Origin: Octopus vulgaris
Lineage: Eukaryota
Assembly: GCA_951406725.2 (NCBI GenBank)
Contig: OX597818.1
Coordinates: forward strand, 71,238,001 to 71,302,000
Direction of reading: 5' to 3'
Length of the DNA stretch: 64,000 bases
Shown here: positions 12,737 through 25,964 of the stretch, one piece after another
Layout of the letters: each line of letters opens with the position of its first letter
Position numbering within the stretch: the first letter of the stretch is position 1
Program-made: the position numbers and the translations under genes
The notes under the pieces: generated by a model
Databases searched by the model: none
Told to the model about the DNA's origin: nothing
What the model saw: only the letters and a program-made list of their open reading frames with translations

Positions 12737-13099
12737 AGTGATGGTATGTTGCCAACTTAATGGGGCAGTCCCATGAAAGGGAAGAATGTTATTGCTATTT
12801 AGCCCTATGAAACACTGTTTCCAGTTGGTCATAACACATTTTCTGTGTCATGTTTCCAAAGGGGAGATAAGCACCTCCACCCAGCAAAGCCAGCATCCAG
12901 AGACTAGTTTCAGAGTCATTGCTTATCATCAGTCTGGAGTAGCATGGCCTGCTATCTGTCGATGCTTATGCGCCTTTGAAAACCTATAGATTTCAAGTGA
13001 AATGCATTCAGTGAGTTTGAGAATAGAAATACAGTAGCAGCATGACATAGTGATGGTATGTTGCCAACTTAATGTGGCAGTCCCATGAAGGGAAGAATG
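12737..13099 (-). mobile_element. Retrozyme-like unit: 312-bp period bounded by a ~51-bp direct repeat, containing a hammerhead
   Basis: agtgatggtatgttgccaacttaatg...gaagaatg at 12737-12788 and 13049-13099; HHR between them. Confidence 0.65.
12896..12938 (-). ncRNA. Canonical type I hammerhead ribozyme motif
   Basis: Reverse strand TCCAGA-CTGATGA-TAAGCAATGACTCT-GAAAC-TA-GTC-TCTGGA: perfect 6-bp stem I, intact core, GUC triplet; stem II eroded. Confidence 0.8.
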
Positions 13100-14127
13100 C
13101 AAAGAGAATTATAAAGTTATCAAGTGAAGAAAAAGTAAACTGTAACTATGATCAAAGAGTATTAAAACAAAAAAAAATCATGATCAGACATGGATGAACA
13201 TTTAGCCAAGTACCTAAGTACATTAGTGGAACAAGCTGGATCCAAAAAATCAGACTCAGATATGTATCATAACTGCACAAAGGACGTTAATAACAGTATT
13301 ATCGCCTTTAATGCCAACCTGCTTGCCATCCTTAGCTCCTAAAGACAAACCCAATGTTTGAAAGTGATCTAAATTAAACTTTCATCAAAATTTTGTTCCA
13401 AACACTAGCTTAACATTGACAAGTTATTTTAGAACATCTTTCATTTCTTCAAAATTCATTGAAATAAAGGAAATAAATTTCATCAAAAATATGGCAAAAA
13501 ACAATGTTAAAAGGACAATGGGCTGGTAATTGATGCAGAAGCCAAGTAGTGGTTGAGAAGAGAAACTACTAAGATGAGGATTAGGTGAAGATAGAGCGAA
13601 AGTAATGAGGAAGGATGACCAAAGGCATGATTCAACATATAAAAAAAATGCTAACTGAACAATACTGTTACCATTTTGTTTCTGCCTTCCAAGTAAGATC
13701 CTCAATGATATATCATCCATGTTTGCATTCTGAGTTCAAATACTGCTGCTGGGGTCGACTCAGCATTTCATTCTTTCAGAATTGATAAAATAAGAACCAG
13801 CTGAGCACAAGGGTTGATGTAATCCACGTACCTCCTCCACCAGAATTGCTGGCTTTGAACCAAAATCGGAAACCATTATTATCATTATTGTCTATACAGT
13901 ATTTGTATGAGAAAATATATAGTTTATTTAAAGTGTGTATGACAAAAATGTACAATGGTTATTACTGAACAATGTATGGCCTGTATATAGTATTTGCATG
14001 ACAAGAACATTGCATGGTCTACACATCATTTGTATGATGATACCATCATCTATACAACAACTGTATGACAATAGTCTGAGAAATAATACACTTGTATGAT
14101 ATAATGATGCCACTGACAATAATAATG

Positions 14128-14981
14128 TACAAGGCAGTATCAAAAGTTTCCTGGACGAGTTATGTTTAATAAAAAACAACTTATTTACCTAAGTTTTAAC
14201 ATCATCTCCTTCCAAATAGTCACCTTGCACAGCAATACACAAGTCCCAGCATTCCTGCCACTTTTGGAATCTGTCCTGGAAGTCATTTTCCATAAGGGAG
14301 TTGAGGATCTTCTATGATTCGCTGTGGATCTCGACAACTATGTTAAAATGGCAGCCTTTGAGCTGCATTTTCATCTTGGGGAAGAGATGGAAGTCTGCAG
14401 GTACTGAACCTGACAAATAGGGTGGGTGTGGAAGTGATACTATGTTGTTTTTGATGAGAAACTCAGTTCATTAAAAAATCCAATTCATCAGATCCAGTCA
14501 CTTTTGCTGAATGTCCTCCCTCAAACACTTGAAAATGTTGCAGTAAAACTCTTGATTGATGCTCTGGTTCTGGGGAATGAATTACCACATTTCAGGGGAC
14601 AACACTCATGGTAGGTCTTCAAGATCACACACCATCTTTCAGGGATGTTCTTCTGTTTTTGAAGCACCCATGTCACTCAAAACATTGTGTAAGACCCATT
14701 ACCTCGTTGCTGTAAGCTAGCTGAAGCATGCTCAATGTTTCTGTAGCCACAAGTTTAACACAAAATTTTATATCAGCTCTTTGTTCCTGTCCATGAGAAA
14801 ATCACAGACTACAGCAGACACATAATCACAAATCTCACAACTTGCATAGTAAACAGAGTGATGTCACTCAGCACACTGCCTCAAAAAGCTCACTGTAAGC
14901 TCTCACTGCACATGCAACTGTGTGCTGCCATCTGTTGGTGTGCTACACAACTACTCGAGGAACTTTTTGATACCAACTCAT
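14128..14981 (-). mobile_element. Internally deleted mariner-like element
   Basis: Imperfect TIRs caaggcagtatcaaaagtttcc / ggaactttttgataccaactca next to TA; transposase-like remnants. Confidence 0.55.
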
Positions 14982-15319
14982 ATTGTATCATCATGATGCT
15001 TGATATTATGATAGACATTTGATGAAGTTTTCATTCTTTTACTTTCTGTTTTGATAACGTTTTTCAAGAAAGTACAAGAAATTGTTTTTAAATGTAATAC
15101 ATTTATATTTTAGTAATAGCTATTGAAAATATAAAATTAATGGTACTAAATCTTTTGGAAATCAGCTCTAGACTGATATTTAAATAATTTTCCTTATTTA
15201 CCAAATAAATATAAATAACGGATAACCAACTTGGTGGATAGAGAGTATGGGACAGTCTGCACTCAGGTGCTACTCTCTCTTTGATCAATCTGATCAATTT
15301 TCTATGTGTCACCTACTTT

Positions 15320-15960
15320 CTGCAAGTTTGAAATTCTCAGGATTGATGCCCTGCCTGAGGCCAACAGTTTTGGCCTACTCAGTGTGGACGAGATGTGTAT
15401 TTCCACTGCACTCAGAGTAGCTGATGCCTGTGGGCCACTGTGATGTTGCTGTAGTATACCTAAACTCCGTAGGCCTTCATGGTATGTCTTGCTACCTAAA
15501 TGCTGGTCGTTTTCATGATCATATTGAGCTAAACCTAATCAATAAGTGGGCCCTGACTTGAGTTAATATCCCCATAGCTCTGGAGCCAGTGGGATTATCC
15601 AGAACTGATGGGAAGAGACCAGATGGTGTAACCCTTTGTCTCTAGGCAAGAGGTAGGTACATCATCTGAAACAGCAGTCTCTGACTTTTTTTGCTCTTTC
15701 CCACAACTAGGATGCTGCAGTAAATGGGAGAGTCACTGCTTCAGTAGCTGAAAAGAACAAAATCCTGAAGTGAACCATTTTCCCCAGCCTGTTGTGTTTG
15801 AGATGTTTGAAGGAACTGGGCTGCTGACAGTGAAGTTCTTGTCGTTGTTGACAATTCACTATACCAAGGTGTCAGATGATGTCCATGAGGGTTGGCTGTT
15901 CCAATGCCTCAGCCTCAGTATTACCCAAAATAATGCTAGTGAGTGTTGACTTGCTTCACT
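15320..15960 (+). mobile_element. CRE-type non-LTR retrotransposon 3' relic (zinc knuckle plus restriction-like endonuclease)
   Basis: Manual translation GLHGMSCYLNAGRFHDHIELNLI and LEPVGLSRTDGKRPDGVTL, with stops. Confidence 0.75.
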
Positions 15961-16839
15961 AAGTTCCGTTGAACCTTTTGATGTGCAACCAACTGAGGCA
16001 CTTAAGTGTTGAATTGAGGTTTCTTTATATTTTTATTTCTTCCTTCACTCATGTTTATGTTTAATTCAGCTTTGGATTTGTATTTTAATGTGGTTTTGAA
16101 TTATATATGGATCATATACATACATGTTTTATATGTAATTATAAAAATTTCTAAATTCAAATATATATATATATATATAATCATGTTAAAAAAGCTGCAA
16201 AATCTCTAAAATAAAAAAAGGAAGTGAGCATTGGAGAATGTATTAATATATAGAAAATTTACGAGACAGATCTGCTCCGCCAGTTGTGACATAGAACTAA
16301 ATAACAACACCAATATAGGGATATGAACAATTAGGCCAAAGGAAATTTGAATATAAAGTTAAATATATGCTTGTTAGGTTGTTTTAGACATTTCTGACTC
16401 GGAATTTAGTTAAGTCGATGCTCCACCTACTAGAAATAGCAGCCAAATCTACAGAAAACGAAAGGACACATTAAACAACGAAGTCCTGGACGTAGACTGT
16501 CTTAAGTAAAGTCCGATGGTCGTGGCCGGAATGTATTAGTTATAGGAATCCGAATTAATGCTGACCAGGGGTTAAATAGCATCAACAACAGAAGGCAAGG
16601 ATTAATTACGTAACGAGTCAAAGATACACAGTGGTGGTCATATGAGGAATGTCTTTGATAACAGGTCTGATCAATCAACATTGACCTGAGCATAAACAAC
16701 AACGATTTAGAGTAATTTATTATTTGAAGAAAAGGAATTAAAACAATTCCGGCGAAAAGAATCAACTCGACTCGAAGTTTACGGAAAAGATTAGAAAAAA
16801 CGTGGAGCAAAAAAGAATATTTTAAAGGAACTTTTGGAT

Positions 16840-17250
16840 ATACTCACTGATTTTCACTGATATCAAATTAAATATCAGGTATGAGTGTAAAGAGGAAATA
16901 TTCGGTTCCCAGTCCAACCTTACATGATGAAATTAAATAATAATAAACACCTTTTAATTAATTAATATTTGTTAATTGAGTCAAAACAAGGCAAACACAA
17001 AGTTTTGTGTCGGGAAATTCCAGGCCGTAAATGTTTAAAAAGAGAAATTTTGAAAAATATAAAATAGTTTCACATAGAAGTATTTTTAATAAAATATATT
17101 AATAATTTTAGAGTTAATTTCTCTCTCTGTTCGTCTCCAGAAATTTTACCGACATTTTCTGCCGAACTTATCTCTTCACTTAATTTAACCCTGGGTCGGT
17201 CTTGATGTCCTATCGGTCGTTCAACAGCATCCATTCAAACTCATTCCAAA
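16840..17250 (-). promoter_or_regulatory. Candidate non-coding first exon/promoter of CEBPG
   Basis: Minus-strand donor TCA|GTGAGTA at 16847; non-repetitive, relatively CpG-containing sequence upstream of the CEBPG coding exon, which needs an upstream exon. Confidence 0.4.
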
Positions 17251-18989
17251 CTAGGATATATTTTCTGAAATATATTATCTTCTTCTACACAATTTAACCT
17301 AGTCTAGAATATATTATCCTTTCTATCTTCTGTTCAAAGAGGGTGTGGGTTGAGAAATTTCATTGCTATTTCTAGTAAATCAGCCAGCCTTGTAAAGGTT
17401 CCTCCGTTGATTCGTTCTAAATTTTATTTCCGTTATTGATTTTTGTTCATAATTTCTCTTATGATACATCTTAACATTTTAGAGACAAAGGATGTTTTTT
17501 TTAAATTTATTTTACTCTATATTATTTAAGTTTAAAAGTATTAGTTACAAAAAATTATTTTTTAAATGTGTCGGTCAAAGTGAAAAGATCCCATTTCTTT
17601 TTCAATTTAGTCTATTTTCGACAATTAGAGTGAAAATTAAGGATTAAATTCAAGGATTGCCTTCTAGATTCCCCACGCATTTAATGAAAATCGGAATAAA
17701 TCATATTAAAAAAATCTGCTCCTACACGGTTTTAGTTTTCGTATTTCGCTTGACAGAGTCTTTATTTCGCATTTTGTAAACAACCATCTGTCTGATAATA
17801 ACTACACTTTAGGGCCCATCTTTTTTTTTTCTTTACATCTTTAAATAACCCCCATTTTCGTAACGAAACCTAGCAGATATATACGTTTTCAGAGGTGTAA
17901 GTGACGATTATACTATTGAAGTGAAAACTGTTTTCCCATTTTTTTAAAAATTAGAAACCATTCAACGACTTGCAGGTGACCATTGCACAACATTAAGAAA
18001 TCTTCATCAGGATTTATTTATCAACAAAAACTCAGAAAGTACAAAAAAAAAAAAAAAACTCCACTTTACGTTTAGCATACGACATTTGGAATGTAATTTG
18101 ATAATTTTCAACTTGTCTAGTCATAAGTTAAAATATAAACTGGGAACATTTGAGGGATCCTCTGACGATGTTATAGTGATCATAACGAAATTAACGACTA
18201 GTTTAAAATATACCTTTCTCACCATTTATTGACCGAAGATCTTTTCTTTCTGAAGAAAAAAAAAACATTAAAAAAAGTTTCATCTTCATCTACACACTTT
18301 CGGAAACGTATCTGTAAAATTTCATTTAAACTGCAATATTAAGAAAATTACGAAGAAATAAAGTTGTGGTGGATGAACAGAATTTATTTCGTCTTTGACC
18401 TACATGGCCGTTTGATGTGTTAAAAATAGCTGCAACACCTCCCTCAGATCACACTCTACGTCTTAAATCGAGAAAGTTGCACATTAGATATTGTAGTTAT
18501 GGATACTCATTACCTTTAATCATAAATCTACCTGAATAGAGAGGCGCAGGAGGCTAACAAGAATATGTAAAGAATTTTCAAAATTATTTAATTAAAAAAT
18601 ATGTTGTAAATTAGAGCTACATTCATACTGAACACACAAGTGAAGAAAGGCATTCACTGTACTATTTGTGTCGACGAAAATGTTTTTGTAAACTGATGTC
18701 TTTCCTCCTTTGGACACACAAAGACCTGTTGAGGCAAGCGAAGTCGAAATCGAACCTCATCCGACGACAGGCACCCATGCCAACCCCACTTCATTGGACA
18801 CTAAACTCTGCTTGCGAAGACCTGTTGGGGCAAGTGAAATCGAAATTGAACCAATCCTATGACTGGCACCTGGTGGCAAGTGAAGAAACACCATTTCGAC
18901 CCTGTGCTTGAGGAGATCCATTGAGTCAAGTACACCAACATCAAAATCAATGGAAACTGCAGTTGTGATCCCTGAGCCGGTGGCATGTA

Positions 18990-19565
18990 AACAGCACTAT
19001 CTGAAGGTGGCCGATGCCAGCGTCGCCTCGACTGGCTTCCGTGCCGGTGGTACGTAAAAAGCACTATCCGAATCGTGGCCGATGCCAGCGACGCCTAGAC
19101 TGGCTTCCGTGCCGGTGGTATGTAAAAAGCACCATCCGAATCGTGGCCGATGCCAGCGACGCCTAGCCTGGCTACCGTGCCGGTGGTACGTAAAAAGCAC
19201 TATCCGAATCGTGGCCGATGCCAGCGTCGCCTAGACTGGCTTCCGTGCCGGTGGTACGTAAAAAGCACTATCCGAATTGTGGCCGATGCGAGCGACGCCT
19301 AGCCTGGCTTCCGTGCCGGTGGTACGTAAAAAGCACTATCCGAATCGTGGCCGATGCCAGCATCACCTAGACTGGCTTCTGTGCCGGTGGTATGTAAAAA
19401 GCACTATCTGAATCGTGGCCGATGCCAGTGCCGCCTAGACTGGCTTCCGTGCCGGTGGTACGTAAAAAGCACTATCCGAATCGTGGCCGTTATTAGTGCC
19501 GCCTAGACTGGCTTCTGTGCCGACGGCACGTAAAATGCACCAATCCGATCGTGGCCGTTGCCAGA
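18990..19565. repeat. Minisatellite, ~8.5 copies of a 68-bp unit derived from the RTE 3' UTR repeat
   Basis: gcactatccgaatcgtggccgatgccagc... recurs at 19061, 19129, 19197, 19265 and onward. Confidence 0.9.
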
Positions 19566-19609
19566 CTCGATTTGTCTAGTCATAAGTTAAAATATAAACT
19601 GGGAACATT

Positions 19610-19810
19610 TGAACCTCAATTTCCAGATTACAAGTTCAGGTTTACACCTATAATTTTGGGGGCAGTGGGATATGTAACACACTGCCTAAATACCAATCTT
19701 GAGAAATTAAGCTTCTCAAAAATAGAAAGGAGAAAGCTAAGACAGATCCAATCCATCACTGGAACTGTAAACATCTGTAAAACTTTCCAGAAGTTTATCA
19801 TTTAAATATA
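19610..19810 (+). mobile_element. R4/Dong/NeSL-type LINE 3' fragment (restriction-like endonuclease C-terminus)
   Basis: PIILGAVG...LEKL...IQSITGTVNICKTF resembles the PIVIGALG...IQ..LGT..I end of these elements. Confidence 0.6.
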
Positions 19811-20404
19811 TATGAGCATGTCTATATATGCAACTATATGCATGAGAATACATACATAAAACATACAAATCTGCATGCACATACACACATACATATAAAC
19901 AAAAAAAACAACAAAATACCCTGTTGTTGATGTTGAAATTTCAATGAAGGAGCCTTGGATCTCGGTTAGAAACTGCAGCAAAATACATGCATAATCTGGA
20001 TAAACTGGGATTTTTAGAAAGAGAAACTGACCGGCTGATTCATACACTATAAATCCAATCTGTGAGTGGAACAGTAAAAATACGCAAGACTTTTCTCAAG
20101 TTCCAAATGTGAATTTGCCTGTGTTAACTGCATACCAAAGATGGAGCCTTGGATCTTTGTCGGAAACCAGCTTCCTCCTCAGTGGAAGATTTATAATAAT
20201 TAAAAGCTACAAGTGACATACATACACACACACATGCATGCATGCATGAATGAATGAATGTGGACCAGGGAGTAAGTGATAAGAGACAGTAGCAGGGACT
20301 CAACTGAAGAATAGGAAGATAAAAGTTATCATTTACAACACTTGAGTAAGTCGTAGAACAGTTATAAGATTGATAGAAGTATGGACATTGGATGTGTTAT
20401 TGAG

Positions 20405-21680
20405 GCGGCTTGACAGAACCCTATTTTTACTTGGTCCCTTGTCATCTCCTCTGTGAGGTACAGCATGTTAAAGTTGGTCTTTACTATTTCATCTCACATC
20501 TTCCTGAATCTTTCCACGAGTTCCATATACATTCCGCAAATAGTACTTCCTTATACAGCAGTTCTCATCCATCCACTCACATGACCATACCAGTGCAGTC
20601 TTCTCTTTTGCCCATTACATCTGGTGCCCCCTCATGCCCAATTTCTTTTCAATACATTTGTACTTTTTAACATGCACACTCACATTACACATCAGTGGAG
20701 CATGCTAGCTTCATATCTTCTGCATTTACAGTCCAAGTTTCACAGCCATGTAGCATTGTTGTACATATACAAGCATCTTAAAGTCTGCCTTTTCACACAG
20801 AGATCTTTTGTTACCAACATAGGTTATAACTTTCTGACCTTTCTCCAGCCAGTTCATATTCAAGCAACTATACTTTCAGGACCATCCTCTTTCATTGTTG
20901 ATGTCTCAAGGTAACAGAAATTATCTACCACTTCTAAGGATCACCCTGAGTTTTCCAAAAAATCTATTTCTTGTGTGCTCTTAGTGTTGTTATACCTACA
21001 CAACTGGTACAAAGTCCTTCTCTGTCAACTTTACTCTGATTCTACTACACCTTGCACTGAGTATACAAAATGGAATTTCTACCTACACCTCTTATACGTA
21101 CTGAACAGCTTCCACAATAACCACCTGATAATGGAGTGAGAAACCCTGTTGAAGGAATTTTTCCAGGTTGACAAATGCCAGGTACATTGGTTTATTTTTC
21201 ACGAAATATGTTTGATGTTGCCTTATTATAAGGAAAGCATCATTAGTACTATGATGCCGTGCACCAATCATTTGCTGTACATCCTGATTAACTATAAGGG
21301 TGACAAGGACATATTCCACTATGTCAAATGGTTTGAGTTAATTAGCAGTAATTCTTATAGAGATGTGGCTTTCTCTGTCTTCATATTCCTTAAATGCTTT
21401 GTCTCCACACTGCTGTCAACAACAGCTGGACCCTCTTTCAGTTTCACATTAGGATGACTCTCTTTCCACCTTTCATTCTCCATATGTAGTAGTCTTCCCT
21501 AATAGCCCTTCCATGCCTCTTTTTTATCAGTGTCACTAAGTGCAAGTGTATCATAATTATTCCATACAAACTTCTCTCCTACAGCAACTTGATTTTCTCT
21601 GATACATTACTTTGCAATCCGAAATACCTGAAGCCTCTGTTCCTCACATCACAGGACATTGACAAATAATGATCCTTTCT
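20405..21680 (-). mobile_element. Degenerate RTE LINE
   Basis: KNKPMYLAFVNLEK; similarity to the 28940-30770 copy. Confidence 0.7.
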
Positions 21681-22213
21681 GCTTCTATGTATACACACAC
21701 GAGTGTCTGTGCGTTCATATTTGTCTCCTTTGTCTGACATTGTATGTTAGTTGTCAACAAACTCCACCATCATAGACACAGTATTGTTCATTTGCAATCT
21801 CCCTTGAAGACACATCCAGCTGTTGTGCTGCATATTACCTTGCTTGGAAACAGGTGATGGTTGGCAACAGAAAGAGTTTCTGGTTTCAGAAAATCTGCTT
21901 CAATGATATTTGTTTGAACCATGCAAGTATGTGAAAGTAATTTTTGAAATGTTAATGCTGATTATGATTGAGGGAAATGTAGTTGCAATGTCACTCTGTG
22001 CTTTCGAAGATCAGCAAAACAAAAAGATTTCATACTTGAAATAAAGTAAAAGTTGTTGACAGGAAGGGCATTTGGCCAGAAATGCAGACTCAAATTAATA
22101 TCCATACAACCCATGCCAGCATGGAAAAACATATAAAACAAATGAAATTAAAAATGTAAATAAATCTCTAATACAAATGTTTATAGCATTTATTAAAAAA
22201 AAAAGAAGACACC

Positions 22214-22427
22214 TCAGTCATGTTTATGTAAATCCTTCCATTGATTTTTACCAAGTCTCATATTTGATAGTTTTGACCTATACCATTTTGGATAAGTCAA
22301 AGGAATAGTGTAACTGTTAGGGTATAATGGTCTTGGAGAGGGTGGCTTGAAGGGAGAGGATGTCTTTAACTTTTCCTTTAATATTTCTTCGTTTATACTT
22401 TTACTATCTCTGTATATATCCAAGTAC
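22214..22427 (-). CDS. MRPL38: MRPL38 exon 8 (last)
   Basis: Acceptor TTCAG; YLDIYRDSKSINEEIL...HKHD*; AATAAA at 22189-22194 about 20 nt after the stop. Confidence 0.92.
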
Positions 22428-24223
22428 CTGAATGATAAAAGTACATTATATGTCAGACAATTATTAACCATTTTAGACATTATATTCATACCAGAAGTAA
22501 AAAAAAATGATTAAAATAAACATCATAACTCAACAAGTGATAATTTATCTTTTAATTTTAGGATCTGGCTCATTTTTGTTTCCGATAAAAACAATACAGC
22601 TATTGCAAAATCTTAAAACTCTTTCATAAGTTTTGTCCTTCTTTTAGTACATATGTCCATTGTCCTTCTTATTACATATCACTTTATTATGAAATACAGT
22701 CTTTGAGGCACTACCAAGTCTATTCTAGATCTTAGATTTATACATCATACTGAGAGAAACAAACTATGATGATGTTGAATACTTATTAAATTAAAGAACA
22801 GCAAATTTCTAATTTGTATATTTGAAATATGTTAGGAATAATAATTCTACTTAAATATTATCGGCAGTAGGAAAACTATAACTACATTATCCAAATGACA
22901 ACTCCAATGAAATCAGAGTTATCTGCCTTTGCATGAGTAACTGACATGCAACAATAATTTCAGACTGAATTTCTGATGAGAAAACAAAGAAGGCAAATGA
23001 CAAAAGCAATTTTAGGTGAAAGATATTTTTCATATAGACTTATGGTGTACTAAAGTTACGAAGGCAATGATAAAGGCTAAAAAAATATTGTTTGTAAAGG
23101 GAGAGGCATCCATCATGTAAAAATGTTGTGACATACCGTAGCATGGGAAACAATGGAAAATATGTTCCATATTAAATAATTCCACACAATAGCAAACTTT
23201 TCACAATACCTATAGTTTAAGTCAGTGAAAATGTCTCTTTGAAAACCAAATAGCACAAAATATTTTAAATGTATGTAGTTGTAGATAGAATTTGCTTGAA
23301 AGATGTTTAATAAAAATTAGTATTATATGTCACAACTAGACAGAATTTCATCCTGGCAGCATTCATTTTTCTATGCTAACATGAGTTAGATGAATATAAT
23401 CTTGAGACATTGATTCAGAGCTGGATATTCTTCTTGTCACCAACCCATACTTGTATTTTAAATTAAGGATCTCTTATTTCAAATGTCTTTGAAGGTACAA
23501 AGCAAGTGTAGGTATTTTTTTTTTTGACAGGAGAAATGAAAATATGACTGAGTGTAGCTCAGTAACTCTGGAGAAATGCAAATATAAACACATATGCATG
23601 CACATACACACACAAGCAGATTTCTTTCAGGTTCTGTCTATTACATTTGATAGAATAATTTGAATGATAACTGATCAAAAACAGTGTGCGTCAGACTACA
23701 TTATCCAATATCTCTGCATTTCCTGTACATTAATGTCACACACTACATATCATATGGTGACACAAAAACATTGATTGCAAATAAAGTGACCAAATGCTAA
23801 GGAGTAATTCATTGAAAAGAGGCTGTTAATTCATTAACATCCTCTGTCTCCCTATTATAGTCTCTGGCTGACCAAAGCCTTGTGAGTAGATTTGGTCAAC
23901 AGAACCTGAAAGAAGCTTGAGTGTGTGTGTGAGAGAGAGAGAGAGCTTGTGCCTGCACTTGTTCACTACTACTGCTTGACAACTGGTGTTGGTTTATTTA
24001 CGACCCTGTAACTTAGTGACTTGGCAAAAGAAACTGATAAAATAAGTACCATGCTTAAAAAGGAAAAAAAAAGTGTTGGGGTCAATTTGCTCAACTAAAA
24101 ATTCTTCAAGGCTTCATGGCTGCAGTCTAATGATTGAAACAATTAAAAGATGAAAGACAAAAGATAAAAAACAGAAAATATATTGCTTTCATTATTTATC
24201 AGTAAAATAACTACAACACTTAC

Positions 24224-24311
24224 TTGTTGAAGGGTTTCTTATGTGGCCATTTTTTCTCTTTTGGATGATATCTGACAGGATAAATGAATTCAAATGATGG
24301 TTCGGGCATTT
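24224..24311 (-). CDS. MRPL38: MRPL38 exon 7
   Basis: EMPEPSFEFIYPVRYHPKEKKWPHKKPFN; poly-T AG acceptor, GTAAGT donor. Confidence 0.93.
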
Positions 24312-25964
24312 CTAAAAAAAAAAAAAAGAAAGAGGAATATAGATAAAAGCAGAAAAAAACTGTCAGAATAAATGGATGAAAATAAGTTACAGGCTCTACT
24401 ATTTTATACATAACTTCTTACACTTGCTTGATTTTTGATATTTTTTTTTTCTTCAAAACTGCCCTCCCTCTTTCAAATTACATTTCCCCATATCAAGTTT
24501 AGAAGGTGACAAATGCAGGAAAAGGCTCTAGGCTCAGTTCAGACACCTATGTGAGGCTGCTGGAGATTGTGGTCAAATCCTGGCTGGAGAGGGTTGCTGA
24601 TGAAAGGCCATGTGTTTGACAATAGGATTCAGGTCTTTGTTACATGTCCACAAAGAGTCAGAAGTAGTTGCTGGAGAATTTCTGTAACATCACCAGCTCC
24701 TATTTCTGACAGTCACCCAGACTCACCACCACCACCATCAAGCATCTGCTTTCCATGCTGGCACGGGTAAGATGTTTTGGTTGGAACTGTTAAGCCAGAG
24801 AGCTGCATTGGCTCCAATCTGTTTAGGCTTGCTTTCTATGGCTGGATGCTCTTCCTAATGACAACCACTGCATAAAGTGTACTGGGTGTCTTTTATATGC
24901 CACTGGCAAATGTACCTTTTACATGTCACGGGCACAGGTGTTTTTTACGTGTCATTAGCATGGGTGCTTTTCATGTCTCACCAGTACAGGTGCCTCTCTT
25001 ACATGTCATTGGCACAGGTGAATTTTGTATGTCACCGGCATGAGTACCTTTTACATGTCACCATCATGGATGCCTTCTACATGTCACTGCCACAGGTACA
25101 TTTTATGCGTCACTGGCACTGTGCATGACTACAATTTCATTTGACCTGGTGAGTCTTAAAGCACAGCAAATTGCCAAAACTGTTGGTCACTTGTCATCTC
25201 CTGTGTAAGACTCAACATCCAAAGGTAATTCACCACCTAATCCCATGTCATCCTGCGTCAGTCTTTTCCACAGGCTTCCTCCAGTTAGAGATCTTCTTTA
25301 CACAGCTGTCTTCAGCCATATGCATTACATGACCATACCAGCACATTCTATTCTCTTGCACACTACATCTGATGCCTCACATTGTAATCCAATGATTACT
25401 AGGCATGGGGCAGGGTGGAGAAAGACACCACCTACACAGTTTGCAAAAACAAGGCTGAGCTGGAAGCCAAGATCAAGGAGGTGTTCAAACATTTTATGAA
25501 GGACAGAATGAGAAAAGTATGCAAAAAGTTCTGGAATAAACTTATCTCACAAGTATAATCTAGTTGATACATTTTATAGTGTTTTCTTTACCTTTTAAGC
25601 AAACTGTCAGATTTAGCCCAAATACTCTGTATGTGTCTGTACACACACACTTTGTGTTATGCTAAGAAGCAGTGCATGTTACCAAACTTTTCAACTTGAG
25701 TCAAATATAACAAATTACTCCAAATCATTACGGCATCGGCAGAGGAAGGTCTTATGTAATGGATGCATTTCCTATCATATATTCCACAGACCTGATATCA
25801 TCATTTAATGTCTGCTTTCCATGCTGGCATGGGTTGGATGGTTTGACTGAAAACTGGTAAGCTGGATGGGGGGGGGGATAGCTACACCAGGTTCTGTACA
25901 CATATGTATGTATATATACACTTGTGTATATGTATCTTTGTTTGCCCACAACCCCTGCTAAATA

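Noticed and set aside
17960-18012. CTGATGA on the minus strand; similar lone cores at about 22976, 24597, 57138, 63246
   Set aside because: No stem II plus GAAA and stem I arrangement
18990-19565. CRISPR-like array
   Set aside because: Whole unit repeats with no unique spacers; eukaryotic context with no cas genes
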